Program-made: the position numbers and the translations under genes
Origin: an uncultured Candidatus Rokubacteria bacterium
GTDB lineage: Bacteria; Methylomirabilota; Methylomirabilia; Rokubacteriales; DASRDR01
Assembly: GCA_963826115.1 (NCBI GenBank)
Contig: CAWGVS010000005.1
Coordinates: forward strand, 864,001 to 928,000
DNA length: 64,000 nt
Reading direction: 5' to 3'
Shown here: piece by piece, positions 1-9,059 of the stretch
How positions within the stretch are numbered: position 1 is the stretch's first letter
Layout: each line of letters opens with the position of its first letter
The notes under the pieces: model-generated
The model's input: only the letters and a program-made list of their open reading frames with translations
Databases searched by the model: none
What the model was told of the DNA's origin: nothing

Positions 1-898
1 GCTCGATGTCGGCGGCGTTGAGCCACACGCCGTGGCCGAGCGTGAGGCGCGGGCCGAGAAGGCCGAGGCGGTCGAGGTGCGCGAGCGCCGTCCCGCCCGT
101 CCGTCGGCGGGCGTACTCGCGCTGGTAGGCCGTCTCGACGAGATGCATGTGCATCCCGACGCCGTGCCGCGCCGAGGCCGCTTCGAGCGCGGCGAGCGCG
201 TCGTCGGAGCACCAGTGGAGGTTCGCCGGCGCGAGCTGGATCCGCGTCCGGCCGGCGTGGTTTTGGCCGTGGGCGTTCCAGAGACCGCGAAACAGGTCGA
301 GCTGGTCGGCGACGGGGATGGCGTGGCCGGTCAGGAACGCGTCGACGTCCGGGGCGAGGTCGGGCGGCAGCCGCTTCACGAAGGCCGAGTCCGCCTCGTA
401 GGCGAGGCGGTTCTGGTCGCGCAGCATGTAGGAGTAGGACACGCGCATGCCCACGTCCCGGTAGGCTTGCAGGATCCGGTCGGCGACCTGCCGGACGCGT
501 GAGGCGGGCGCGCCGCGCCAGCCGTGGATGTGCTGCACCGTGGTGATCCCCGACTCGAGCATCTCGAAGGCCGAGTAGAGCGTGTCGAGGTACGGGTCGA
601 CCGCCCGCGCGCCGAGCCGGCTCGCGAACCAGAGCTCGAGCGGGTAGTCGGGCGACCCGAGCTGGAAGGGCGTCACCCCCACGTGGTGGTGGGCGTTCAC
701 GAAGCCCGGCAGCACGACGTGGTCGGGCGAGCCCAGGACCTCGTCGGCCGGGTGCCGCCGCCGAAGCGCCTCCCAGGGGCCGATGTCTCGGATGACGCCG
801 TCCTGCTGGAAGACCGCGGCGTCCTCCAGCACCTCCGCATGCTCGCGGTCCACGGCGCGGGCGACGACGTAGCGCCCGCGGACGAGGGACGAGGCCAC
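1..898 (-). CDS. Amidohydrolase family metal-dependent deaminase (3' end runs off the window)
   Basis: Manual translation from GTG 898 gives VASSLVRGRYVV...VVLPGFVNAHHHVG (HxH metal motif)...EMLESGITTVQHIH. Open to the window edge, so absent from the ORF track. Confidence 0.85.
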   Translation of the reverse strand, partial: MASSLVRGRYVVARAVDREHAEVLEDAAVFQQDGVIRDIGPWEALRRRHPADEVLGSPDHVVLPGFVNAHHHVGVTPFQLGSPDYPLELWFASRLGARAVDPYLDTLYSAFEMLESGITTVQHIHGWRGAPASRVRQVADRILQAYRDVGMRVSYSYMLRDQNRLAYEADSAFVKRLPPDLAPDVDAFLTGHAIPVADQLDLFRGLWNAHGQNHAGRTRIQLAPANLHWCSDDALAALEAASARHGVGMHMHLVETAYQREYARRRTGGTALAHLDRLGLLGPRLTLGHGVWLNAADIE

Positions 899-905
899 CG
901 GCGGG

Positions 906-1664
906 CTACCGCGCCGTCACGCCGCCGTCGGCGACGACGATCGAGCCGGTCATGAACGAGGCCTCGTCGGAGACGAGGAAGTGGATCAGGTTGGCGATCT
1001 CCTCGGGCCGGCCGAGCCGCCCCAGGAGGGTCGAGCTCACCTCGGCGCGGAGCTTCGCGTCGGGGTCGGCCGCGCGCGCGACCGACCCGCGGAGGAGCGG
1101 CGTGTCGACCGGCCCCGGGCAGACGCAGTTCACCCGGATGCCGTGCGCGGCGTGGTCGACGGCGAGCGCGCGGGTGAGCTGGATCACCGCGCCCTTGGTG
1201 GCGCCGTACATGGCGTTCCGCGGCGCGCCTACTAGGCCGAGCTCCGACGCGATGTTGACGATGGTGCCCCTGCCCGCGCGGCGCATGGCCGGGATCACCG
1301 CCCGGCAGCAGAGGAACGTGCCGGTCAGGTTGGCTCCGCAGAGGGCGTTCCACTCGTCCATGGTGGCCTCGTCGATCGTGACCGGGCGCGGGGAGCCGAT
1401 GCCCGCCGCGTTCACGAGCACGTCGACGCGCCCCGCGCGCGACAGGACGCCGTCGAGCATCGCCCCCACCTGCCCCTCGTCGGCCACGTCCGTGCGGACT
1501 CCCCACGCGTCGCCGCCCGCGGCGGCGATGGCCCGGGCGGCCGGGTCGGGATCGGCCCGGTCGACCACGGCCACGCACCAGCCCTCGCGCGCGAGCCGCT
1601 GGGCGGTCGCGAGCCCGATGCCCGACGCTCCGCCGGTGACGATGGCTACGTCGCCCCGCTTCAT
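906..1664 (-). CDS. SDR family NAD(P)-dependent oxidoreductase
   Basis: TGGASGIG, NAAG, YGATKG (YxxxK), IRVNCVCPG motifs. Confidence 0.95.
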   Translation of the reverse strand: MKRGDVAIVTGGASGIGLATAQRLAREGWCVAVVDRADPDPAARAIAAAGGDAWGVRTDVADEGQVGAMLDGVLSRAGRVDVLVNAAGIGSPRPVTIDEATMDEWNALCGANLTGTFLCCRAVIPAMRRAGRGTIVNIASELGLVGAPRNAMYGATKGAVIQLTRALAVDHAAHGIRVNCVCPGPVDTPLLRGSVARAADPDAKLRAEVSSTLLGRLGRPEEIANLIHFLVSDEASFMTGSIVVADGGVTAR

Positions 1665-1738
1665 CCTGGAGCCTCCCGTTCGAGGGGTTTCCCGCCGCCC
1701 CTATCAGCGGGCAGGCGGGGCCGGCGCGTCAAGGCCGG

Positions 1739-2377
1739 TCAGCGAGACGCCCACACGGGCTCCTCCAGATGGCGAACGCGCGTGGCGCGGCCGTGGAGGA
1801 CCACCTCGCGCAGCTGGTAGAGGATGGCCGCCGTGGGCGCGTGGATCAACGTGCCGAGGAGCGGCAGCTGGATGATCGGGCGCTCCCGCTCCGGCACGGT
1901 CACGTAGCGCGGTACGCCGGGCGCGTCGAGGTCGCGGAGCGGGACCCGGTGGATCGACGCCACCTCCGCGGGATTGGCGTGGAGCTCGGCGACCGGCCCC
2001 GCCCACACGACCACCGGCGTGACGACGAAGCCCGAGCGCGTGGCGTAGTCGTCGAGGCAGCCCAGCACCGCGTCGTCGCCGAGCGTGAGGCCGACCTCCT
2101 CGAAGAGCTCGCGGAGGGCGGCGCCCGGGGCGCTCTCGCCGTGGTCGATCCGGCCGCCCGGCAGGGCCCACTGCCCCGCGTGCGCGCGGAGGCTGGGCGC
2201 GCGGCGCGTGAGGAGGAAGGCCGCGTCGCCCCGGTCGTCCGGGAGCAGGACCGCGGCGACCGCCGCGTGCCGGCGATCGCCCGGCGGGATCGCCTCGCGC
2301 GGGAACGCGGCGAGCCGCGTGTGGGCCTCCCGCCGGAGCGCCTCCCCGTAGCGACGCTCCGCGGGCTCGATGCTCAC
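1739..2377 (-). CDS. Nudix hydrolase, CoA pyrophosphatase-like
   Basis: LLTRRAPSLRAHAGQWALPGG..ALRELFEEVGL Nudix box; GTG start overlaps upstream stop. Confidence 0.9.
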   Translation of the reverse strand: MSIEPAERRYGEALRREAHTRLAAFPREAIPPGDRRHAAVAAVLLPDDRGDAAFLLTRRAPSLRAHAGQWALPGGRIDHGESAPGAALRELFEEVGLTLGDDAVLGCLDDYATRSGFVVTPVVVWAGPVAELHANPAEVASIHRVPLRDLDAPGVPRYVTVPERERPIIQLPLLGTLIHAPTAAILYQLREVVLHGRATRVRHLEEPVWASR

Positions 2378-3279
2378 GGGATCCCGGCCAGGAACTCGGT
2401 GATCGCGGCGGCGACGACGAGGGGCCGCTCGCGGTGGGCGAAGTGCCCCGCGCCGGCGATCACCCGGCGGGCACAGCCGCGGGGGAACCGATGCTCCTCG
2501 CTGGCCGACGTGTGGACCGGATCGACCGTGTCGTCCTCCCCGTGGAGGACGAGGGTCGGGACCTCGATGCGGGGCTGCGCGGCCAGGCGCGCCTCGTCGG
2601 CGTCCAGCCGGGGCTCGCCCGGCGCGTTGCCGTGCCGGTGGCGGTACGAGTGGATCACGACGTCGACGAAGTCGGGGTTGTCGAAGGACGCCGCCGTGCG
2701 CTCGAAGGTGGCGTCGTCGAAGGCCCACCCCGGCGACCACGTGCGCCAGAGATGGCGGCACAGCGCCCGCCGGTTCGTCGCCATCCCGGTCCGGCCCCGC
2801 TCGGTGTTGAAGTACCACTGGTACCAGAGCCGCGCTTCGTTGGCCGCATCGCCGGGCCGGGCCGCGCCCGCGATGTCCTGGATCTGGTAGCCCGCGAAGG
2901 TGACCAGGGCCCGCACACGCGCCGGATGGAGCGCCGCCGCGATGCAGGCCGCCCGCGCGCCCCAGTCCTGGCCGATGAGGACCGCCCGGTCGAGCGCGAG
3001 CGCATCCATGAGGTCGACGACGTCCCGTCCGATCGCGGCTTGCTGCGCCATGCGTGGCGCCGCCGGGTCGAGGAACCGCGTCGGTCCGAAGCCTCGGAGA
3101 TATGGCACGACGGTGCGATAGCCGCCGCCGACCAACGACGGGACCACGCCGTCCCACGCCCGCGCGTCGTCGGGGAAGCCGTGGAGCAGGATCGCCACCG
3201 GCCGCTCGGTCGGGCCGTGGAGCTCGTAGCCGATGTCCAGGAGATCCGTCCGCGCGCGGCACACCGCAGGATGCTCCAC
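2374..3279 (-). CDS. Alpha/beta fold hydrolase (epoxide hydrolase-like)
   Basis: LLHGFPD, GQDWGA nucleophile, GAGHF; GGGAGG RBS before GTG 3279. Confidence 0.92.
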   Translation of the reverse strand: MEHPAVCRARTDLLDIGYELHGPTERPVAILLHGFPDDARAWDGVVPSLVGGGYRTVVPYLRGFGPTRFLDPAAPRMAQQAAIGRDVVDLMDALALDRAVLIGQDWGARAACIAAALHPARVRALVTFAGYQIQDIAGAARPGDAANEARLWYQWYFNTERGRTGMATNRRALCRHLWRTWSPGWAFDDATFERTAASFDNPDFVDVVIHSYRHRHGNAPGEPRLDADEARLAAQPRIEVPTLVLHGEDDTVDPVHTSASEEHRFPRGCARRVIAGAGHFAHRERPLVVAAAITEFLAGIP

Positions 3280-3308
3280 CCGGCCTCCCGTCGATCCGTC
3301 GGCCGGGC

Positions 3309-4076
3309 TCACGGACGATCCGCGAGGACCGCCCACGCCGTCGCGATCCCGCGGAGACCCGGGACGTGGGACGCCGCCGCGTCGAGCCGGTGGTAGAGCG
3401 CTCCGGTCCAGGGCGCGAGGGGCACCCGGCCGGAGAGCCGGCCCCAGACGTTCCGGGGCAGCACGTGGAAGGCCCGGCAGCTCGCGACGCGGAAACCCGC
3501 ATCCTCGAAGAGGCGCGTCGCCTCGCGGCGGGTGTACGTCCGCTCGTGGTGGAACCGGCCGAGCGTGCGGCCGAGCCACTCCGTGTACGCGTGGCGATTC
3601 GGAAGGTGGTACGTGAAGAGTCGGCCGCCGGGCCGGAGGACCCGCGCGAGCTCGTCGAGCGCGCCACGCTCGTCGTCCACGTGCTCCAGAACGCCGCAGT
3701 TGAGGACCGCGTCGAAGGATCGGTCGGCGAACGGGAGCCCCGGACCGGCCGTCACGACGTAGGGCACCTCGGCCTTCCGGAGCAGGCCCGCCGCCGCGCC
3801 CTTGTCCTCCACGTCGTAGGCCACGACCCGCGCACCGTGGGCACGGAGGAGCAGGCTCGTCTGCCCCCACCCCGCGCCCCAGTCGAGGACGCGCCCCCCC
3901 CCGACCCACGCCGCGATCTCGGCGGCGATCGCGAGGTACTGGGCGACCCCGATCGGGCTCGCGATGTTCGAGCACTCGGGGCGCGTGGAAAGTCCTCGCT
4001 GTCCGAAGTCGAGGATCCGCGCCGCGGCGGCGTCGACCGCCCGAGGCCCCCGCGTCGCGTCGCGCGCCGGGCTCAT
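3309..4076 (-). CDS. Class I SAM-dependent methyltransferase
   Basis: VLDWGAGWG, LPFADRSFDAV, VLEHV, RVLRPGG. Confidence 0.9.
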   Translation of the reverse strand: MSPARDATRGPRAVDAAAARILDFGQRGLSTRPECSNIASPIGVAQYLAIAAEIAAWVGGGRVLDWGAGWGQTSLLLRAHGARVVAYDVEDKGAAAGLLRKAEVPYVVTAGPGLPFADRSFDAVLNCGVLEHVDDERGALDELARVLRPGGRLFTYHLPNRHAYTEWLGRTLGRFHHERTYTRREATRLFEDAGFRVASCRAFHVLPRNVWGRLSGRVPLAPWTGALYHRLDAAASHVPGLRGIATAWAVLADRP

Positions 4077-4954
4077 TGCGAGGCGCGCGCCCGCCGCCGG
4101 AGCGACCGGAGGACCGCGAGGTTCCGGGCGTCCCCGTCGTCGCGCTTCGGGGTCTCCAGGATCATGGGCCGGGCGCCGAGGCGCGGGTGGTTCAGGAGGT
4201 ACCGGAACGCCGCGAGGCCGATCTGTCCCGCCCCGATGTTCTCGTGACGGTCGAGCCCCGATGCGAGCCCCGCCCGGCAGTCGTTCAGGTGGAACCCCAC
4301 GATCCGCTCGAGTCCCACCGAGCGATCGAGCTCGTCGAGCACGGCGCCGAAGCGTCGGGGCGTCCGGATGTCGTAGCCGGCCGCGAAGAGGTGGCATGTG
4401 TCGAGACACACCGCCAGACGCTCGGGTCGGCGGACTCGGCCCAGGATCTCGCCGAGTTCTTCCGCGCGGGCCCCCAGCGTGTGACCCGCCCCCGCGGTGT
4501 TCTCGATTGCCACGCGCACCGCCCAGCCGTCGGTGCGCCGGGCGATCTCGTCGAGCGCGCCGACGAGGCGCGCGACCCCCACGGCGGCGCCCGCCCCCCG
4601 GTGGGAGCCCGGATGGAGGACGACGAACGGGAGCCCGAGCCGTTCGGCGCGCTCGAGGTCGTCGAGGAGCCCCGCCACCGCGCGCGCTCGCTCATCCGGG
4701 CCCGGCGCCGCGAGGTTGATCAGGTAGTTCGCGTGCGCGCATGCGAAGCGGAGCCCGGACGCGGCGAATTCGCGCCGGAACTCGCGGACCTGGTCCTCCT
4801 CGAGCCGGGGGCCGGTCCACCGGAGCTGGTTCTTGACGAAGACCTGCACGACGCCGCAGCCGGCCGCCACGCCGCGCCGGACGGCGTTCGCGAGCCCGCC
4901 GGCCACCGACATGTGCGCGCCGAGGTTGTCGGGCGCGGCGCCGCCCGGCCTCAG
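4073..4954 (-). CDS. nfo: Endonuclease IV (AP endonuclease)
   Basis: LGAHMSVAGG, HANYLINLA, VLHPGS, ENTAG, CLDTCHLFAAGYD, HLND, DRHENIG, ILETP. Start uncertain (CTG 4954 overlapping the upstream stop). Confidence 0.93.
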   Translation of the reverse strand: MRPGGAAPDNLGAHMSVAGGLANAVRRGVAAGCGVVQVFVKNQLRWTGPRLEEDQVREFRREFAASGLRFACAHANYLINLAAPGPDERARAVAGLLDDLERAERLGLPFVVLHPGSHRGAGAAVGVARLVGALDEIARRTDGWAVRVAIENTAGAGHTLGARAEELGEILGRVRRPERLAVCLDTCHLFAAGYDIRTPRRFGAVLDELDRSVGLERIVGFHLNDCRAGLASGLDRHENIGAGQIGLAAFRYLLNHPRLGARPMILETPKRDDGDARNLAVLRSLRRRARASQ

Positions 4955-5412
4955 CCGAGCTGCTTCACCTCCGCGAGGATCTTGGCCGGGTCGGGCAGGA
5001 CCCCGCGAGCGTAGCGCTCCGCGAAGCGGATGACGCCCTGCCCGTCGATCACGAACGTCGCGCGGTAGCACGCGTTCAGCTCCGGCCAGTGGATCCCGTA
5101 GCGCTTGACCACGTCGCGCTGGATGTCGGCCAAGAGCGGGTACGAGATCCCGCCGAGCGACTTGGCCCACGCCTCGTGGCTGTACATGGAGTCACAGGAG
5201 ATGCCCACGACCTGGGCATTGGCGGCCTCGAAGTCCCGGATCCGGGCCTCGAAGGCCGGCATCTCCTTCGTTCAGCCCGGAGTCCAGTCAAGAACGTAGA
5301 AGAGCAGGACGACCGATTTCCCTCGCTGCTCGGCGAGGCTCCACTCCCTGCCCCCGATACCCTGGAGCCGGATGTCCGGCGCCATCTCGCCCACTTTCGG
5401 CATCTCCGACAT
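4951..5412 (-). CDS. Peroxiredoxin (AhpC/BCP-like), probable selenoprotein; in-frame TGA 5272-5274 = Sec47
   Basis: AAGGAGG RBS then ATG 5412. Reads MSEMPKVGEMAPDIRL...VVLLFYVLDWTPG-TGA-TKEMPAFE...GISCDS..YPLLAD..RATFVID; the TGA sits at the peroxidatic Cys of the TxxC motif. Confidence 0.88.
5242..5259 (-). promoter_or_regulatory. Candidate bacterial SECIS hairpin of the peroxiredoxin
   Basis: CCGGCCT-TCG-AGGCC(C)GG stem-loop starting 12 nt after the in-frame TGA. Confidence 0.5.
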
Positions 5413-5445
5413 GGCGTCCTCCTTCTCCTCGCGGCCCCGGCGGGC

Positions 5446-6321
5446 TCACGGGCCTCCGGTGGCCTCGCGTGCGTCGGTCCGTCCCTGGCGGCGCCGGGCC
5501 CAGAGCGCGGCCCGCCTGGCCTCGAGGCACTCGTTGAGCCGGCCGATGTACTCGGCGGCCGTGACCACGCGACCGGTGGCGAACGCGGCGGCGAGGCGGT
5601 CACGGAATCGAGGCTCGCGGACGGCGTGGTGATCCACGATGACCTGGCAGCCCGTCTCGCCGACCAGGCGCAGCAGGTTGTCGATGCCCCGCTGGACGAC
5701 CTCCGGGCCCACCTGTCCCTGGAGGTACGTGGGGGGGCCCGAGAGGTAGACGAGGTCCGGGCGCTGCCTGAGAAGGTACGCCGTCGCCACCGGCGAGGCG
5801 GGGCCCTGGAGGTCGGACGCGTGGACGAACCGCATGCCGTCGTCTACGGTCACCGCGACGACGTGCCCGAACTCGGAGCCGTCCTGCCCATGCGGCAGGG
5901 GCGGCGAGAAGCGCACGGTGACCCCATCGAGCTCGACGGTCTGGCCCTCGGCGGTCGCGAGCCGGCAGTGTGGGCTGACCGCCCGCCAGAACTCGCGACC
6001 CTGCGCGGCCTGGTGCCGGTCCGTGGACCGCCGCGGGTCCTTGGCCCAGACCTGCCGCCCCGCGTAGATCATCGAGTCCATCCGGAAGTGATCGGCGTGG
6101 AAGTGGCTCACCGCCACGTGCGTGGCGCGCACCGCGTAGGCCTCGATCCGGAGGCGCGCGCGGGCCAGCGCCTCCTCCTCCTCGGGCGCCGGGGCCAGGC
6201 CGTAGCGGCGCGGCGCCACGGTGGCGCCGGGATCGATCAGGAGGCGGAGCGCGCCGGCTTCGACGTAGGTCGCCATCGACCGCACGCCCAGCGAGTCGGC
6301 CGCGAGCGGCATCACGCGCAT
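5446..6321 (-). CDS. MBL-fold metallo-hydrolase, UPF0282-like
   Basis: PLAADSLGVRSMAT, LIDPG, SHFHADH, HASDLQGP, GPPTYL, IVDHH. Confidence 0.85.
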   Translation of the reverse strand: MRVMPLAADSLGVRSMATYVEAGALRLLIDPGATVAPRRYGLAPAPEEEEALARARLRIEAYAVRATHVAVSHFHADHFRMDSMIYAGRQVWAKDPRRSTDRHQAAQGREFWRAVSPHCRLATAEGQTVELDGVTVRFSPPLPHGQDGSEFGHVVAVTVDDGMRFVHASDLQGPASPVATAYLLRQRPDLVYLSGPPTYLQGQVGPEVVQRGIDNLLRLVGETGCQVIVDHHAVREPRFRDRLAAAFATGRVVTAAEYIGRLNECLEARRAALWARRRQGRTDAREATGGP

Positions 6322-6352
6322 GGCGGCGCTCCGACCGGGACGTCGCGCGGCG

Positions 6353-6841
6353 TCACGCGCGGGCCCCGTCCGCCTGGCGCTTGAGGTCGGCCACCGCGCC
6401 GCCGGTCACCCGGCAGAGCTCGGCCGGCGTGATCGGGAACACCGCGTGGGGGGTCCCCGCGGCCGCGATCACGCGCTCGTACCCGAGGAGGTCGCGGTCG
6501 ATGAACACCCGCAGTGGCCGCGGGTGGCCCACCGGCGGGACGCCGCCGATCGCGTAACCGGTGGCGCCGCGCACGAGGTCGGCGTCGGCCCGGCGGACGG
6601 GCTGCCCGCTGAGCGCCGCCAGGCGATGCTCGTCCGCCTGGTTCGCGCCCGACACGAGCACGAGGATGGGTTCCTCCCCTGCCACGAACACGAGCGACTT
6701 GACGATCTGGCCCACCCCGACGCCGCAGGCCGCCGCGGCCTGGGCGGCTGTCCGCGCGCTCTCCGCCAGGACGATCACCTCGGCCTCGACGCCGAGGGCC
6801 TCGAGCGCGGCGTGGACCCGAGCGGCCGCGGGCGGCATCAT
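6353..6841 (-). CDS. YbaK/EbsC family aminoacyl-tRNA deacylase
   Basis: QIVKSLVF, TGYAIGGVPPVGH, AAAGTPHAVF. Confidence 0.92.
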   Translation of the reverse strand: MMPPAAARVHAALEALGVEAEVIVLAESARTAAQAAAACGVGVGQIVKSLVFVAGEEPILVLVSGANQADEHRLAALSGQPVRRADADLVRGATGYAIGGVPPVGHPRPLRVFIDRDLLGYERVIAAAGTPHAVFPITPAELCRVTGGAVADLKRQADGARA

Positions 6842-7200
6842 CCGAGGAGCTCCGGCCGGAACCGGCGGACCGGGGTCGACCTCGACTTGGACGACGCCCG
6901 GGACCGCCAGCCGTAGCGTCCGAGGTCGATCCGCCCGCGGACGAAGCGCACGCCCTCGCCCTGGAGGAGGAGGCGCTGGCTCAAGGCGCCGCTGCCGTCA
7001 CCGCGCCGGCTGATCGTCCCCTGCCCGTTGACGACGCGGTGCCACGGCACGCCCGCGGGGCAGACGCGCATCGCGTGCCCCACGGCGCGCGCGGCGCGGG
7101 GCGATCCGAGGAGCGCCGCGACCTGGCCGTAGGTCACGACGCGCCCGCGCGGCACGCGGCGGACGAGCGCGTGGGCCCGCTTCTGGAGGTCACCACTCAT
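6838..7200 (-). CDS. MGMT family alkyltransferase-like protein (Atl/YbaZ)
   Basis: VPRGRVVTYGQVA, ARAVG, PWHRVVN (Trp in place of the acceptor Cys). Confidence 0.9.
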   Translation of the reverse strand: MSGDLQKRAHALVRRVPRGRVVTYGQVAALLGSPRAARAVGHAMRVCPAGVPWHRVVNGQGTISRRGDGSGALSQRLLLQGEGVRFVRGRIDLGRYGWRSRASSKSRSTPVRRFRPELLG

Positions 7201-9059
7201 GCCCGGGTGGCATCGGCGGCCGCGGCCGCGCCGAACTGGAGCTCCCACAGCGTGCGGTAGAGACCGTCCCGCCGGATCAGCTCGGCGTGCGGGCCCTGGT
7301 CGACGAGCTGGCCGTGCTGGAGAACCACGACACGGTCCGCCCGCTGGATGGTCGAGAAACGATGCGCGATCACCACGCTGGTCCGTTCCGCGAGGAGCTG
7401 GTTGACGGCGTCCTGCAGCGAGTGCTCGGTTTCAGGGTCGACGCTCGACGTCGCCTCGTCGAGCACCAGAACGGGGGGATTATACAGGAGCGCCCGGGCG
7501 ACCGAAAGGAGCTGACGCTGTCCGTGCGAGAGGTTCGCTCCGCGCTCGAGGAGCGGCGCGTCGTAGCCACCGGCGAGCGAGCGCACGAAGCGGTCCGCGT
7601 GGACGCGGCGCCCGGCCTCCTCGACCGCTTCGCGCGGGACGCGCGCTCCGAGAGTGAGGTTCTCTGCCACGGTGCCCGCGAAGAGCACGACGTCCTGGAG
7701 GACCAGGCCGACGTGGCGCCGGAGCGCGGTCAGGTCCCACTCGCGGACGTCGATTCCCTCCACCAGCACGGCGCCGCGCTGCACGTCGTACGTCCGCGTG
7801 AGGAGGCGCGCGAGCGTCGTCTTCCCGGCGCCGGTGCCGCCCACGACCGCGACCCCCTCGCCCCGCTCGATCCGGAGCGACACGCCGCGGAGCGCCCAGG
7901 CCGGCGGGGTGGCGCCACTCGCGTCCCCCCGCTGGGGCGCCTCGCCGGCGCCGGGATAGGCGAACCAGACGTCGCGCAGCTCGATCGCGGGCGGCGCTCC
8001 GCGGCCCGACGACGTCCGCCCGGCGGGCGTGGCCGTGCCCCCGGTCTCCGTCGGCGTGTCGAGGAGCGCGAAGACCCGCTCGGCCGCCACGGTGGCGGCC
8101 TGCATCACCGAGAACTTCGCCGAGGCGTCGCGGATGGGGAGATAGAACCGCTGCGTGTACTGCATGAAGGCCACCAGAACGCCGAACGTCAGAGTGCCGT
8201 CGAGGATCTCGACGCCGCCCCACCAGAGGAGGGCGGCAACGCCGATGGACCCGACCGCCTCGGCGACGGCGTACAGCGTCGAGTCGAGCCCCATGCGCCG
8301 GAACTGCGCTTGCCGGTAGCGGTCGTTCAGGTCGCCGAGCTCGCGGGCGCGCGCGGCCTCGCGCCCGAAGAGCTGGAGCACGGCCATGCCCGCGAGGGTC
8401 TCCTGGAGTTCGGCGTTCAGGTGGGCGAGCCGCGCCCGGACGTCCCGGTACGCCCGGCGCACCGGGACGCTCAGGACGAGCGCGACCGCGATCAGGAGCG
8501 GCAGTACGGCGAACGTGATCAGCGTGAGCCGGAGGTGGAGGAGCAGCATGACCGCGATCACGCCGGCGAGCGTGACGACGTCGCCCACGATGGCGACGAC
8601 GCCCGACGTGAAGACCTCGCCGATCGCCTCCACGTCGCCCAGGATCCGCGTCATCACGCGCCCGACCGGGTTGCGGTCGAAGAACGCCGCCGGCAGGCGC
8701 TGCGCGTGGGCGAAGAGGGCCGCCCGGATGTCGTGGACCACCCGCTGCCCGGTCCAGGTCGCCAGATAGATCTGGCCGTAGCGGAGGCCGTACTGGACGG
8801 CGAGCGTCAGGAAGAACAGGGCCACGACCCGGGAGAGCCCCGGCCAGTCGCCCTTGAGGATGTGCTCGTCGATGGCCACCTTCACGAGATACGGCTGGAC
8901 GAGGTCCACCGCGGCCAGGAGCGGGAACAGGGCCGCCGACAGGGCGACCGCGCCCCGGTACGGCCGCGTGTAGCCCCAGACCCGCCGCGCGAGCCGCGCG
9001 TCGTAGACGCGACCGACGGTGTCGTCGTCCTCCCCTGCCCCGCCCGCCCGCCGGCTCAT
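7197..9059 (-). CDS. ABC exporter, fused permease/ATP-binding subunit
   Basis: Transmembrane domain plus GGTGAGKTT, LSHGQRQ, VLDEATS. Confidence 0.95.
   Translation of the reverse strand: MSRRAGGAGEDDDTVGRVYDARLARRVWGYTRPYRGAVALSAALFPLLAAVDLVQPYLVKVAIDEHILKGDWPGLSRVVALFFLTLAVQYGLRYGQIYLATWTGQRVVHDIRAALFAHAQRLPAAFFDRNPVGRVMTRILGDVEAIGEVFTSGVVAIVGDVVTLAGVIAVMLLLHLRLTLITFAVLPLLIAVALVLSVPVRRAYRDVRARLAHLNAELQETLAGMAVLQLFGREAARARELGDLNDRYRQAQFRRMGLDSTLYAVAEAVGSIGVAALLWWGGVEILDGTLTFGVLVAFMQYTQRFYLPIRDASAKFSVMQAATVAAERVFALLDTPTETGGTATPAGRTSSGRGAPPAIELRDVWFAYPGAGEAPQRGDASGATPPAWALRGVSLRIERGEGVAVVGGTGAGKTTLARLLTRTYDVQRGAVLVEGIDVREWDLTALRRHVGLVLQDVVLFAGTVAENLTLGARVPREAVEEAGRRVHADRFVRSLAGGYDAPLLERGANLSHGQRQLLSVARALLYNPPVLVLDEATSSVDPETEHSLQDAVNQLLAERTSVVIAHRFSTIQRADRVVVLQHGQLVDQGPHAELIRRDGLYRTLWELQFGAAAAADATRA

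Noticed and set aside
5272-5274. Pseudogene reading of the three TGA-interrupted genes
   Set aside because: All three stops fall exactly on the catalytic Cys, both halves are intact, and the distal stops overlap downstream starts.
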